DNA from: an uncultured Alphaproteobacteria bacterium
GTDB lineage: Bacteria; Electryoneota; RPQS01
Reading direction: 5' to 3'
Assembly: GCA_964530625.1 (NCBI GenBank)
Contig: CAZHAK010000012.1
Location: 8,654 to 72,653, forward strand
Length of the DNA: 64,000 nt
The notes under the pieces are model-generated. The model saw only the letters and a list, made by a program, of their open reading frames with translations. It was not told where the DNA came from and searched no databases. A program made the position numbers and the translations under genes. Below, piece after piece: positions 32,666 to 42,666 of this stretch. Positions within the stretch are counted from its first letter, which is position 1; each line of letters starts with the position of its first letter.

Positions 32666-32866
32666 AAAAGGCTCCCTTAGAATACCAGCAATGAATCTCG
32701 ATTTAGCCTTGTTCAGTGATTTCGCAAATCGGGATGATTCAACACATTGAACCCGAAACTACGCGTAAAAACAAGGAAGTTTTGAGCTATACAAACAAGC
32801 TCTTAATAAACGCAAATTGCCAAGTCTGACTTCAGCGCATTGGCTGCGCGGAAGGGACTCGGCAAC

Positions 32867-32885
32867 CCGAGACGAAAACTCGGGA
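32867..32885 (-). promoter_or_regulatory. stem-loop in the 249-nt rplL-rpoB spacer (possible attenuator)
   Basis: Hairpin cccgag-N7-ctcggg, 30 nt after the rplL stop, with no clear U-tract. The only support beyond the hairpin is analogy to the E. coli rplL-rpoB attenuator. Confidence 0.25.
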
Positions 32886-32914
32886 AAGCGCGGCGAAAGC
32901 AAGCGGCAAACGCC

Positions 32915-33283
32915 TTACTTAATTTCGACTTTGGCTCCCTGCTCTTCGAGCTTGGCCTTAACTTTGTCGGCTTCGTCTTTTGGCAGCGCTTCCTTGACGG
33001 TCTTCGGTGCGCCATCCACGAGGTCTTTCGCTTCCTTCAGGCCCAAGCCGGTCAATTCACGCACGACCTTAATGACCTGAATCTTCTGCGCGCCGGCTTC
33101 CATAAGCACGACGTCAAACTCGGTCTTCTCTTCTGCGGCGGCGGCCGGAGCGGCTCCACCCATCGGCATACCCATCATCATAGGGGCCGCGGCGGTAACG
33201 CCAAACTTGTCTTCCAATGCCTTCTTCAGCTCGACGAGCTCAAGGACGGTCATTTTTTCGATTGCTTCGATAATTTGTTGCAC
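32915..33283 (-). CDS. rplL: 50S ribosomal protein L7/L12
   Basis: Contains '[17 protein letters not shown]' and the A-rich hinge. Confidence 0.98.
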   Translation of the reverse strand: MQQIIEAIEKMTVLELVELKKALEDKFGVTAAAPMMMGMPMGGAAPAAAAEEKTEFDVVLMEAGAQKIQVIKVVRELTGLGLKEAKDLVDGAPKTVKEALPKDEADKVKAKLEEQGAKVEIK

Positions 33284-33333
33284 GGTTGGTCTCCGTTATG
33301 GTTTGTTAAATTCTCTTGTGAAAAGGAAATGCG

Positions 33334-33879
33334 TCAGTCTTGCTTCTTGGTCGCGATTTGGTCCACAACGGACACAAAATCACGCAAAACAGCATTGACC
33401 ACATTGTAGAAGCCCTGCACGGGGCTGAAGACGGCTGCAACCAAGCCAGAGAGCGCTTCTTCGCGTGTCGGGAGGTCTTTGATTGCGGTAAGTTCGGAAG
33501 CGGGCAGGACTTTCCCGTCAAAGATAACACTTTTGACAACGAGCCTGTCGCTCGTTTTCATAAACTTATCTAAGATACGCGCGGGCATGGCGGCATCTTC
33601 ATAGCCAATGGCGATGGCAGTAGGGCCTTCAAGGTACTTCACCGCGTCATCAAATCCCTTGTCCTTCAGCACCATACGTGAGAAGGTGTTTTTGACGATA
33701 ATGAAGTCCACTTGGTTCTTAAAACACTCGCGGCGCAACTCAGTCATTTTCTCGACCGAGAGTCCGAGGTTATCCGCCAGATACACTCCTGAAGCGCGAT
33801 CCATTTTCTCACGGAAGTCCGCGACGATGGCTGCCTTTTCGGGGCGTATGGTACGGTTTTGAAGTTCAGCTAAAGACAT
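33334..33879 (-). CDS. rplJ: 50S ribosomal protein L10
   Basis: Sequence and synteny. Confidence 0.96.
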   Translation of the reverse strand: MSLAELQNRTIRPEKAAIVADFREKMDRASGVYLADNLGLSVEKMTELRRECFKNQVDFIIVKNTFSRMVLKDKGFDDAVKYLEGPTAIAIGYEDAAMPARILDKFMKTSDRLVVKSVIFDGKVLPASELTAIKDLPTREEALSGLVAAVFSPVQGFYNVVNAVLRDFVSVVDQIATKKQD

Positions 33880-33897
33880 ATCTCGTTCCTGTAGGGC

Positions 33898-34599
33898 TTA
33901 GTGGAGTTTCGCGCTCTCAACTTCGGAACGCTGAATCCGGATGCCCGGTCCCATCGTCGAAGTTAGAAACACGGACTTGACATATTGCCCTTTGGCCGTG
34001 GCGGGCTTGTTGCGCATGACGTTCCGGAAAAATTCTTCAATATTTTCCAGTAACTGCGTAGAAGTAAAATTCAAACGGCCGACTCCCAGATGCAAGATGC
34101 CGTACTTGTCCACACGGAACTCGACTTTACCGCCCTTGACGTCGCGTACGGCGTTGCCAATGTTAGGCGTAACAGTTCCAGCTTTGGGGTTCGGCATCAA
34201 TCCGCGCGGACCCAAAATCTTACCCAGCTTACCAAGGTCGGCCATGACCTCAGGCGTCGCCACAAGCACGTCAAAATCCGTCCAGCCGCCTCTGATGCGT
34301 TCGAGGATATCCTCGAAACCTGCATGGTCGGCACCGGCTTCCTGTGCTTCGGTGATCTTGGTTTTAGAAACTGCGACCACACGCACCGTCTTACCGGTAC
34401 CGTGCGGAAGCGTTACTGTTCCGCGAACTATCTGATCGGCTTTTTTGGGATCCACTCCCAATCGCACCGCGACTTCAACGGTTTCGTTGAACTTTGCGGC
34501 TGCGGTTTTCTTGAGCGACTCAATCGCGTCCGACAGAGGCAGTTCGGTATTGCGGTTGACTTGCTCGCGATTGCGCTTTACACGCTTTGAATAGGGCAA
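33898..34599 (-). CDS. rplA: 50S ribosomal protein L1
   Basis: Sequence and synteny. Confidence 0.97.
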   Translation of the reverse strand: MPYSKRVKRNREQVNRNTELPLSDAIESLKKTAAAKFNETVEVAVRLGVDPKKADQIVRGTVTLPHGTGKTVRVVAVSKTKITEAQEAGADHAGFEDILERIRGGWTDFDVLVATPEVMADLGKLGKILGPRGLMPNPKAGTVTPNIGNAVRDVKGGKVEFRVDKYGILHLGVGRLNFTSTQLLENIEEFFRNVMRNKPATAKGQYVKSVFLTSTMGPGIRIQRSEVESAKLH

Positions 34600-34660
34600 T
34601 GCTGCTCCTTGGTGGTTCTTTCGTGCGGCGTTGGCACTCCCACCCGTTTATTAGAAAAGT

Positions 34661-35086
34661 TTACTGACCGACGTTCACGCCCATGGAGCGGCAGGTGCCT
34701 TCGACCATTCGCATGGCCATTTCCACGGTGTTGGCATTCAAATCTTTCATTTTGATTTCGGCAATCTCGCGAATCGCGGCTTGCGAAATCGTTCCAACCT
34801 TGTTGCGGTTGGGTTCGCCCGATCCCTTGTCCAGCTTGGTCGCTTTCTTAATCAAGATCGCGGCGGGAGGGGTCTTCGTGATAAAGCTGTAGCTCTTGTC
34901 CTTATAAACCGTAATGACAACGGGAATAATCATTCCCTTGTCTTTTTCGGTGCGGGCATTGAACTGCTTGCAGAAGTCCATGATGTTGACCTGCTTCTGA
35001 CCAAGCGCAGGTCCAATCGGCGGCGCGGGGGTTGCGGCTCCGGCAGGAATTTGCAGGCGAATGTATCCGGTAATTTGCTTTGCCAT
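34661..35086 (-). CDS. rplK: 50S ribosomal protein L11
   Basis: N-terminus '[30 protein letters not shown]'. Confidence 0.98.
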   Translation of the reverse strand: MAKQITGYIRLQIPAGAATPAPPIGPALGQKQVNIMDFCKQFNARTEKDKGMIIPVVITVYKDKSYSFITKTPPAAILIKKATKLDKGSGEPNRNKVGTISQAAIREIAEIKMKDLNANTVEMAMRMVEGTCRSMGVNVGQ

Positions 35087-35145
35087 GATGTATCTCTGTT
35101 CTTATCTCGCCCCGGTTTTCCGGGGGGAATTAAGGGGGTAAAATT

Positions 35146-35721
35146 TTAGCTTGTGCCTAACTCGGTCGAAATTTGCAGGAAATCCAACTCAATCGGAGTG
35201 GAACGGCCAAAAATTGAGACCATGACCTTGGCTTTGCGCTTCGGCATATTGATCTCTCTTACCAATCCTGTGAAATCCTTAAACGGTCCGTCTATTACCT
35301 TGATCGTGTCGTTGACGCCAAACGGCAACTCGATCAACTCCATGTTATCGGCTTTGTCCTGCTGGCCTAAAATGCGGTCAACTTCGTGACGGCGCAGGGG
35401 AACCGGACGGTTCTTCGGGCCGACGAAATTAATCACTTGCGGCGTATTCAAAATCAAATGCTCAGTGTTCTTGTTCAAGATCATTTCCACAAGCATATAG
35501 CCGGGGAAGAACGTGCGCGTCTTGGCTTTCTTCTTGCCGTCGCGCATTTCAATCACGTCTTCCTTGGGAATCAGGACTTGCGTGATCTGATCGGCAACAC
35601 CCAGCCGTTTGGATTCTTCTTCCAAGAATCCTTTGATTTTCTCTTCCTGTCCGGTGAACACGTGAAGGACATACCAGCCCAGTTCACCATCACGGATCGG
35701 TGCGTCAGTTGGATGAAGCAT
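35146..35721 (-). CDS. nusG: transcription termination/antitermination factor NusG
   Basis: NGN domain 'WYVLHVFTGQEEK' and KOW domain 'VIDGPFKDFTGLV'. Confidence 0.96.
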   Translation of the reverse strand: MLHPTDAPIRDGELGWYVLHVFTGQEEKIKGFLEEESKRLGVADQITQVLIPKEDVIEMRDGKKKAKTRTFFPGYMLVEMILNKNTEHLILNTPQVINFVGPKNRPVPLRRHEVDRILGQQDKADNMELIELPFGVNDTIKVIDGPFKDFTGLVREINMPKRKAKVMVSIFGRSTPIELDFLQISTELGTS

Positions 35722-35735
35722 TTAGCTTGAACTAC

Positions 35736-36641
35736 TCACAATGAACGTTTAACTCCAATATATAGCTCAGAAGAACCCGGTCCTCCAAGCAGACCGCTGG
35801 TGTAACTGAGCGTCCCCCGGGTGGCTCCGCGCAAAAGTCCGAACGCCGTGCGCGAATCCGATAGGATACAATGATAGAAGGCATCAAATGCCACGGCGCC
35901 GAGGCTCCTTGGATCGAAACCTGCTCGAATCAAGAGATCAAGCATCACCGGCGGCTCAAAATGATAAAGATGTCTGGGTGAATCCCAGGCGACCCATTGG
36001 TCTCCGTACGCCTTCGCATCAATGGAGAGCGGATTGGGCACCGCGATAGCAATTTTCCCGCGCGGAGACAGCAGCTTTCTGGCAATCTCCAATGTCTCGC
36101 GCAACTTATGGACATGTTCCAATACATGCCACATCGTAATCAATTTATACGGTCCGGCATGAGCCGGGACAGCATCAATTCCGCCTGTCCAAACTCTCAA
36201 GCCAAGTTTGTCGCGCGCATGCTGCGCCGCTCTTTCACTTGGCTCGCAGCCGTCTGCTTCAAATCCTCTTCGCTTCAATTCCACTACAAACTCACCGGTC
36301 GCACAACCGACGTCAAGACATCGGTCAGCAGGCTTTAATCCAACCACAACTCTGGCGGCCTTGCGCCGGATAGACAGCGGACGAAATTTGCGATAGAGCT
36401 TTGCCGATACCGTCTGCGGTCCGTCACCTGCCGAAGCAAAAGGATCGTATCCCGGAGTGTCATAGAACGCGCCGATGGATGCTTCATCGGGCCGCGGATT
36501 CAGATAAATCAGTTTACACATCTGACACCGCACAAGAGCGTACGTGCGATTGTCGAGCACTCGAAACCTGTCTTCTACGGTACGCTCTGGTTTATGTTCC
36601 GGGCAGGAGCAAACCGGGCAGACAATCGTCTCAAAATTCAC
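35736..36641 (-). CDS. class I SAM-dependent methyltransferase with N-terminal Cys4 zinc-ribbon
   Basis: Has 'CPVCSC...CQMCKL' followed by the SAM motif I 'LDVGCATGEF'. It uses a GTG start 12 nt after the secE stop, and its own stop is 14 nt before the nusG start. Confidence 0.8.
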   Translation of the reverse strand: MNFETIVCPVCSCPEHKPERTVEDRFRVLDNRTYALVRCQMCKLIYLNPRPDEASIGAFYDTPGYDPFASAGDGPQTVSAKLYRKFRPLSIRRKAARVVVGLKPADRCLDVGCATGEFVVELKRRGFEADGCEPSERAAQHARDKLGLRVWTGGIDAVPAHAGPYKLITMWHVLEHVHKLRETLEIARKLLSPRGKIAIAVPNPLSIDAKAYGDQWVAWDSPRHLYHFEPPVMLDLLIRAGFDPRSLGAVAFDAFYHCILSDSRTAFGLLRGATRGTLSYTSGLLGGPGSSELYIGVKRSL

Positions 36642-36653
36642 GCCGAATGAAAA

Positions 36654-36836
36654 CTACAGCAGTTGCTGAAGTCCCAGACTAAGGATGCGATCTACCACGA
36701 AGACGGCAAGTCCCAGTATGAGAGTGAGTCCGAGCACGATCCACGTGCTTTCCGCGACTTCCGGTCGGGTCGGCCATGTGACTTTCGTCATTTCCGACTT
36801 GACATCGGTGACGTAGTTGATAGTTTTCTTAATCAT
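36654..36836 (-). CDS. secE: preprotein translocase subunit SecE
   Basis: 60 aa with 'EMTKVTWPTRPEV' plus a single TM helix, in the position tRNA-Trp/secE/nusG. Confidence 0.93.
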   Translation of the reverse strand: MIKKTINYVTDVKSEMTKVTWPTRPEVAESTWIVLGLTLILGLAVFVVDRILSLGLQQLL

Positions 36837-36868
36837 GATGTTTCAGTTGTGAGGCTGTCCTCAGTCTT

Positions 36869-36941
36869 GCACGGCAGGAGGGACTCGAACCCCCAACAAC
36901 CGGTTTTGGAGACCGGGACTCTACCAATTGAGCTACTGCCG
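36869..36941 (-). tRNA. tRNA-Trp (anticodon CCA)
   Basis: Folded by hand into a cloverleaf: acceptor ACGGCAG/CTGCCGT, anticodon loop CTCCAAA, T-loop TTCGAGT. Ends are accurate to about +/-2 nt. Confidence 0.9.
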
Positions 36942-36985
36942 TGTACCGCTGCCGCGACGAGGCTTCGGCACGGCGGCTTAAATGG

Positions 36986-37023
36986 GAACAGAAGGCCGGA
37001 GCCATAAAAGGTGGCTCCGGCCT
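36986..37023 (-). terminator. rho-independent terminator after tuf
   Basis: 12-bp stem aggccggagcca / tggctccggcct, followed by a T-rich run on the minus strand. Confidence 0.65.
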
Positions 37024-37040
37024 ATCCGGAAAGAGTGTAC

Positions 37041-38231
37041 TTACTCGATGATCTTAGTTACACGTCCCGCGCCGACGGTCTTGCCGCCTTCACGAATAGC
37101 GAAACGCAAACCTTCGTCCATCGCGATGTCGGTAATCAAGTCAACGGTGATTGCCGTGTTGTCGCCGGGCATAATCATCTCGGTGCCTTCACTCAACGTA
37201 ACCGAACCGGTAACGTCGGTCGTGCGGAAGAAGAACTGCGGGCGGTAATTATTGAAGAACGGCGTGTGTCGGCCACCTTCGTCTTTGGACAGGACGTAAA
37301 CCTGCGCTTCGAACTTCTTGTGCGGCTTGATCGAACCGGGCTTACAGAGCACCATTCCACGCTCGAGATCGTCTTTTTCCACACCGCGCAAAAGCAATCC
37401 TGCGTTGTCGCCAGCGAAGCCTTCATCGAGGAGCTTACGGAACATTTCTACACCCGTTACAACCGTCTTCTTGTGCTGTCCCAACCCGACGATTTCAACT
37501 TCCTCACCAACCTTAACCTTGCCGCGCTCAATACGGCCCGTACCGACGGTACCGCGACCGGTAATCGAGAACACGTCTTCGATCGGCATCAGGAAAGGCT
37601 TATCGAGCGCACGTACCGGTTCCGGAATGAACTCATCCACGGCGTCCATCAATTCCATGATGCACTTGGTCTTTTCGGGATCCTGCAAGTTTGACAGCGC
37701 TTCCAACGCGCTGCCGCGGATCACCGGAAGCGTGTCGCCGGGATATTCGTACGAGGACAGCAATTCACGAACTTCAAGCTCAACCAAGTCGAGCAATTCA
37801 GGATCGTCAACTTGGTCGCACTTGTTCAGGAACACGACCAGCGCGGGCACGTTCACCTGACGAGCGAGCAGAACGTGCTCACGCGTCTGGGGCATGGGGC
37901 CGTCCGCGGCGGACACGACGAGAATCGCGCCGTCCATTTGGGCAGCACCGGTGACCATGTTCTTAATATAGTCGGCGTGGCCCGGGCAGTCCACGTGCGC
38001 GTAGTGGCGCTTTTCAGTTTCGTACTCAGCGTGGTGGACGTTAATCGTGACGCCGCGCTCTTTTTCTTCGGGCGCGTTGTCGATATCGTCATAGTTACGG
38101 GCTTGTGCCAATCCCTTAGCGGCGAGCACTTGCGTGATAGCGGCGGTGAGAGTGGTTTTGCCATGGTCGACGTGACCAATAGTGCCGATGTTAACATGCG
38201 GCTTGTTGCGTTCAAATTTGGCTTTTGCCAT
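37041..38231 (-). CDS. tuf: elongation factor Tu
   Basis: Contains '[10 protein letters not shown]', 'DCPGHADY' and 'NKCD'; 396 aa. Confidence 0.99.
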   Translation of the reverse strand: MAKAKFERNKPHVNIGTIGHVDHGKTTLTAAITQVLAAKGLAQARNYDDIDNAPEEKERGVTINVHHAEYETEKRHYAHVDCPGHADYIKNMVTGAAQMDGAILVVSAADGPMPQTREHVLLARQVNVPALVVFLNKCDQVDDPELLDLVELEVRELLSSYEYPGDTLPVIRGSALEALSNLQDPEKTKCIMELMDAVDEFIPEPVRALDKPFLMPIEDVFSITGRGTVGTGRIERGKVKVGEEVEIVGLGQHKKTVVTGVEMFRKLLDEGFAGDNAGLLLRGVEKDDLERGMVLCKPGSIKPHKKFEAQVYVLSKDEGGRHTPFFNNYRPQFFFRTTDVTGSVTLSEGTEMIMPGDNTAITVDLITDIAMDEGLRFAIREGGKTVGAGRVTKIIE

Positions 38232-38320
38232 TGCCGGACAACCTCCTTAGGGGTTCAGCAGTTCTATGTTTATTGTATTCAAAGATTCACAGGAATTACC
38301 CGAGAAGCCGGATAACACGT

Positions 38321-38396
<76 letters not shown>

Positions 38397-38439
38397 AAGA
38401 ACAGGAGTGCGCGTTTGGTGGGCGCAACCACGTCATCAG

Positions 38440-38512
38440 AGCGGGCGACGAGACTCGAACCCGCGACCCTCAGCTTGGAAGGCTGATGCTCTACCAACTG
38501 AGCTACGCCCGC
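38440..38512 (-). tRNA. tRNA-Gly (anticodon TCC)
   Basis: Manual fold: acceptor GCGGGCG/CGCCCGC, anticodon loop CTTCCAA, T-loop GGTTCGAGTC. Confidence 0.9.
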
Positions 38513-38624
38513 ATAAGAAACGAAATGAAGAAGCAGCCTAAAAAGGGTGCACCCCTCTTGGGTGACCACCTCTAAGGCCACTAAGAACAAAGACTAACGT
38601 GGTCTATTTCGAGAAGATACCCGG

Positions 38625-38707
38625 TGGTGGCAGATGGATTTGAACCACCGTAGGCGTTTGCCAGCAGATTTACAGTCTGCCCCCTTTAGCCACTCGGGCA
38701 TGCCACC
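38625..38707 (-). tRNA. tRNA-Tyr (anticodon GTA), long variable arm
   Basis: Manual fold: acceptor GGTGGCA/TGCCACC, anticodon loop CTGTAAA, long extra arm, T-loop GGTTCAAATCC. Confidence 0.9.
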
Positions 38708-38748
38708 AAGCAAGTCTTTGGGATTTTAGCTACAACCGAATGTAATAG

Positions 38749-38821
38749 AGCTGGCGACAGGACTTGAACCCGCAACCTGTTGATTACAAATCAACTGCTC
38801 TACCAGTTGAGCTACGCCAGC
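38749..38821 (-). tRNA. tRNA-Thr (anticodon TGT)
   Basis: Manual fold: acceptor GCTGGCG/CGCCAGC, anticodon loop TTTGTAA, T-loop GGTTCAAGTCC. Confidence 0.9.
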
Positions 38822-38851
38822 AGTTAGGTACCGCCGAAAACCGCAGACCCA

Positions 38852-38880
38852 AAGTTAAGAACTTGTGAAATTGCAGTCAA
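38852..38880 (-). promoter_or_regulatory. sigma70-like promoter candidate for the tRNA-tuf operon
   Basis: On the minus strand reads TTGACT-N17-TAACTT, about 30 nt upstream of tRNA-Thr(TGT). Confidence 0.4.
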
Positions 38881-38957
38881 GCGGCGAGCGAGTGGATTTG
38901 GGGCGAAATGGCGGTTTTTTCGGCGTTTTGACACACATAGTGCCAGATACGCCTCTC

Positions 38958-40361
38958 CTATTTCCTCCTCCAAATAGTCTTCCCCGCCCTATCCTCAATG
39001 ATGATGCCTCTCTCAGATAGGGCATCGCGGGCGCGGTCGGCTTCGGGCCAATTTTTGGATTGACGGGCGTGGTTGCGGGCTTCAATTAAGGCTTCAATCT
39101 CAGCAGCTTCGGGGTCATCAGGCTCCTGATCCAAATCAAGGAAGCCTAAAACAGAGTCAAAACGGCGCATCGCGCCAATGGCAAGCTCCTGCTCGGAATT
39201 GCCAATTTTAGCTTGCTGACAAAGGGTGTTCGCGTCACGCACAAAGTTGAAAACTGCAGCCAGCGCTTCGGGGTAATTTAGATCATCATCAAGGGCGTCC
39301 CTGAACTCGTGCTCGCGTTGCGCAACCATGTCTTTCAGTTCCGCCATTCCCCCTTTGCCTGTCGCGTGCTCCAGATTCAAACTGCACGATTCAAATCTCG
39401 CCAATGCTTGTTTGATACTCTCAAGTCCACTGGCCTGAAAATTGGTGCGCTGACGGTAGTGACCGGACAACAATCCGTAGCGGATTTCGCGCGGCTTCCA
39501 ACCCTTGTCAATCATATCCTGCACTGTGAAAAAATTCCCCAGTGACTTGGACATTTTTTGACCGTCCACAAGCAAATGCTCGGAATGCATCCAGTAGCGG
39601 GCTAACGGCTCGTGCGTCACGCCTTCTGTCTGCGCGATTTCATTCTGGTGATGCGGAAAGATCAGGTCAACTCCGCCCAAATGAATATCAAAATTTTTGC
39701 CAAGATATTTCAACGACATCGCCGAGCACTCAAGATGCCATCCGGGCCGGCCCTTGCCTAAACTCGTCTCCCAAGCGACCGGGCCATCCTGCTCTTCCCA
39801 ATTCTTCCACAGAGCAAAATCGCGCACATCTTCTTTCTCGTATTCGTCACTTGCGACACGCTCGCCCACGCGCATTTCTTCCATGTTCAAGCGAGCGAGT
39901 TGTCCGTAACTCGAAAACGAGTCAATTTTGAAGTAGACGGAGCCATCCGCGACATAAGCATGTTTGGCGGCAATCAAGTCTTCCACCATCTTGACCATTT
40001 CCGGGATATGATCCGTCGCGCGGGGATAAATATCCGCGTCGGTAATTCCGATAGCCTTACGGTCGGCATGAAACGACTCGATATATCGATCCGTATATTC
40101 ACGCAGGGAAACGTTCTCGCAATTCGCGCCTTTGATCGTCTTATCGTCAATGTCCGTAAGGTTCATCACCCACGTCACCTCGTATCCGGAATAGGCCAAA
40201 TAACGGCGCAATAAATCCGAAATCAAAAACGTGCGGAAATTCCCGATATGCGCTTTCGCATAAACCGTGGGCCCGCAGGTGTACATAGCCACTTTGCCGG
40301 GATCTCGCGGCACGAACGGTTCAACTTTTCGAGTGAGTGTGTTGTAAAGTTTCAGTGACAT
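38958..40361 (-). CDS. cysS: cysteine--tRNA ligase
   Basis: Class I motifs: HIGH-like 'AHIGNFRT' and 'KMSKSLGN'; 467 aa. Confidence 0.96.
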   Translation of the reverse strand: MSLKLYNTLTRKVEPFVPRDPGKVAMYTCGPTVYAKAHIGNFRTFLISDLLRRYLAYSGYEVTWVMNLTDIDDKTIKGANCENVSLREYTDRYIESFHADRKAIGITDADIYPRATDHIPEMVKMVEDLIAAKHAYVADGSVYFKIDSFSSYGQLARLNMEEMRVGERVASDEYEKEDVRDFALWKNWEEQDGPVAWETSLGKGRPGWHLECSAMSLKYLGKNFDIHLGGVDLIFPHHQNEIAQTEGVTHEPLARYWMHSEHLLVDGQKMSKSLGNFFTVQDMIDKGWKPREIRYGLLSGHYRQRTNFQASGLESIKQALARFESCSLNLEHATGKGGMAELKDMVAQREHEFRDALDDDLNYPEALAAVFNFVRDANTLCQQAKIGNSEQELAIGAMRRFDSVLGFLDLDQEPDDPEAAEIEALIEARNHARQSKNWPEADRARDALSERGIIIEDRAGKTIWRRK

Positions 40362-40387
40362 TTATCGTAAAGGAGTAGTCTAAACTG

Positions 40388-41038
40388 TTAAGCGCTCGTT
40401 CCGCCGAGTTTGGCGCGGCTGTAATGCACAAAGCGAACAGCATACTGAATTCCTGAAGCCAAAATAAACGCGCTGGCAATCCAAACAAGCGTCTTCGGAT
40501 TGAACTCCGAGGTCATTTTCGGCCAATTCAGGGTGTAGCTGATCAATGCGACCGCGATGACAAACATCGTTAGTTTGCCGACGTAATTGGATGTAACAAT
40601 TAAGCCGCGCTTGCGAAACACATAAAAAGAGCCCCAAATAATCACCACATCGCGCGAAAGTATCAGCACCAAAAACCAAAGCGGCAGCGGGTTCTCGCGA
40701 GACGGCAAAGCCAGAAAAACAGCCAGCGCACCCAACCAAATCTTATCCGCCAGCGGATCGAGCACTCGTCCCCAATCCGTTTCGACATGAAACCAACGGG
40801 CGATCAATCCGTCCACCATGTCGCTGACCAGCGCCGTAGCCATCAACACCAGAGCCCAGAAGTTTCCGTTCTCTTTGGGCCCAAGTTTCAGAAAGTAGAA
40901 GAGCGGAATCAGCAAGAAAACTCTGGCGATGCTCATAAGATTTGGCACCGTCAGGAATTTTCGAGGCCGTGGTTTCGGTTCGAACACGAAACTCGTCTGT
41001 TTAGGCAACAGTTTGTCGGTGCGGTTTATCTCTGCCAC
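40388..41038 (-). CDS. CDP-alcohol phosphatidyltransferase family protein
   Basis: Carries the motif 'DMVDGLIARWF...DPLADK'. The likely start is GTG 41038, with GGAG 5 nt upstream and 2 nt after the purF stop; the track ORF extends to 41086 and overlaps purF. Confidence 0.85.
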   Translation of the reverse strand: MAEINRTDKLLPKQTSFVFEPKPRPRKFLTVPNLMSIARVFLLIPLFYFLKLGPKENGNFWALVLMATALVSDMVDGLIARWFHVETDWGRVLDPLADKIWLGALAVFLALPSRENPLPLWFLVLILSRDVVIIWGSFYVFRKRGLIVTSNYVGKLTMFVIAVALISYTLNWPKMTSEFNPKTLVWIASAFILASGIQYAVRFVHYSRAKLGGTSA

Positions 41039-41040
41039 GG

Positions 41041-42507
41041 TTACTCCATGGTTCGCAGAACCCGTTCCAGTTCCGCGCGTGCCCACTCTTTATCTGGTTC
41101 ACTTAACTCAGCAAGCTGCGCAGGATCTTTTAGCGGCACGGCATATTGTCCGGAGAAGCAGGCCGTGCAATAGTTTGATGGTTCGTCTCTAGTCGCGGCC
41201 AGCATCCCTTCGTGTGACAAATACCGTAATGAATTCACACCCAAATAGCTTTCGATTTCGGCGGGACTTGCAAACGCGGCAATCAGTTCGCGCCGAGTCG
41301 GGAAATCCATTCCGTAGAAACACGGCCAGCGCACAGGCGGCGACGCGATCCGCACATGCACTTCCGTCGCACCAGCGGCTCTGATCACTCCCACGAGTTT
41401 CTTCAAAGTCGTTCCGCGCACAATAGAGTCATCCACCAGCACCACGCGGCGGCCTTCCAGCACTCCGCGCACGGGATTATATTTAATCCGCGAGTTGTAC
41501 GAGCGCATAAACTGCGATGGATTGATAAAGGTGCGGCCAATATAGTGATTTCGAATCAAGCCGATTTCAAATTTCAAATCGCTCGTGCGGGCATACCCGA
41601 TGGCCGAAGTGTTGGACGAATCAGGAACAGAGATGACAACATCGGCGTCAGCAGGATGCTCCTCCGCCAAAATCTTGCCCAGTTTTCTGCGCACTTTATC
41701 CACGGACGTGCCGTAGATATGGCTGTCCGGTCGCGCGAAATAAATCAATTCAAAAATACACATGTGCAGATCGGGCGCGGCATACTGCACCGACTCCAAT
41801 CCACGTGTCGAGATGTTCACGATTTCGCCCGCGTTGACGTCGCGCTCATAGGTCGCGCCAATAATGTCAAACGCACACGTCTCGGAAGCGAACACATATC
41901 CCTCACCCATGCGACCCATGGCCAGCGGCCTGAAGCCGTGCGGATCGCGGGCGGCCAAAACACCGTCTCTGGTAATCAATACGACTGAGAACGCGCCTTC
42001 CAGCTCCTTGACCGCCTCGGCCAGGCGGGTCGCGGCAGTCGGAGCTTTGGATCGCGCGATCAGATGCACAAACAACTCGGAGTCCGAGGAGGTCTGAAAG
42101 ATCGCTCCCTCGTCCTCCAGTTTCTTGCGCAAAGCGCGCTCGTTGGTGATATTGCCGTTGTGGGCAACCGCCAGCGGGCCGTCCTTGGTGTTTACCACGA
42201 GAGGCTGAACATTAGTCAAAGACGAGGAGCCGGTCGTGGAGTACCTCACATGCCCGACGGCCCAACTGCCTTCAAGCTCCTTGAACCTCCCTTGGTCTCG
42301 AAACACGTCAGCCAGCAACCCCATGCCTCTATGAGCAAACAGGTTTTGGCCGTCGGAACTGACAATTCCCGCAGATTCCTGACCCCGGTGCTGAAGGGCG
42401 TACAGGCCCAAATAGGTCAGTTCAGCGGCACGGGGGTGGCCATGAAGGGCCATAACCCCACACTTGTCGCGGGGCTTGTCGTCGAGGAAATCTATGAGAT
42501 GTGACAT
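41041..42507 (-). CDS. purF: amidophosphoribosyltransferase
   Basis: N-terminal nucleophile 'KCGVMALHG', PRTase motif 'VVLVDDSIVRGTT', and C-terminal Cys residues for the Fe-S cluster. Confidence 0.96.
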   Translation of the reverse strand: MSHLIDFLDDKPRDKCGVMALHGHPRAAELTYLGLYALQHRGQESAGIVSSDGQNLFAHRGMGLLADVFRDQGRFKELEGSWAVGHVRYSTTGSSSLTNVQPLVVNTKDGPLAVAHNGNITNERALRKKLEDEGAIFQTSSDSELFVHLIARSKAPTAATRLAEAVKELEGAFSVVLITRDGVLAARDPHGFRPLAMGRMGEGYVFASETCAFDIIGATYERDVNAGEIVNISTRGLESVQYAAPDLHMCIFELIYFARPDSHIYGTSVDKVRRKLGKILAEEHPADADVVISVPDSSNTSAIGYARTSDLKFEIGLIRNHYIGRTFINPSQFMRSYNSRIKYNPVRGVLEGRRVVLVDDSIVRGTTLKKLVGVIRAAGATEVHVRIASPPVRWPCFYGMDFPTRRELIAAFASPAEIESYLGVNSLRYLSHEGMLAATRDEPSNYCTACFSGQYAVPLKDPAQLAELSEPDKEWARAELERVLRTME

Positions 42508-42666
42508 AAGACCCGTAATATAACCCGCTTAGATTGGCTTGTCAACTTCTGACCCGTCTTTTTTCATTGCCCCTGCTTCTTGATAGTCCGGTCAGGGTTT
42601 TATATCTTAGAAATCTTGAACTAAGCGAAACCGTCGGAGGGTTCCGGCGGACCACCTCGGGCCAAT

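Noticed and set aside
35110-35125. Small hairpin ccccgg-tttt-ccgggg in the nusG-rplK spacer as an L11/L1 autoregulatory leader or terminator
   Set aside because: It is only a 6-bp stem with no U-tract, and I could not establish resemblance to the L1-binding rRNA mimic. That is too weak to call.
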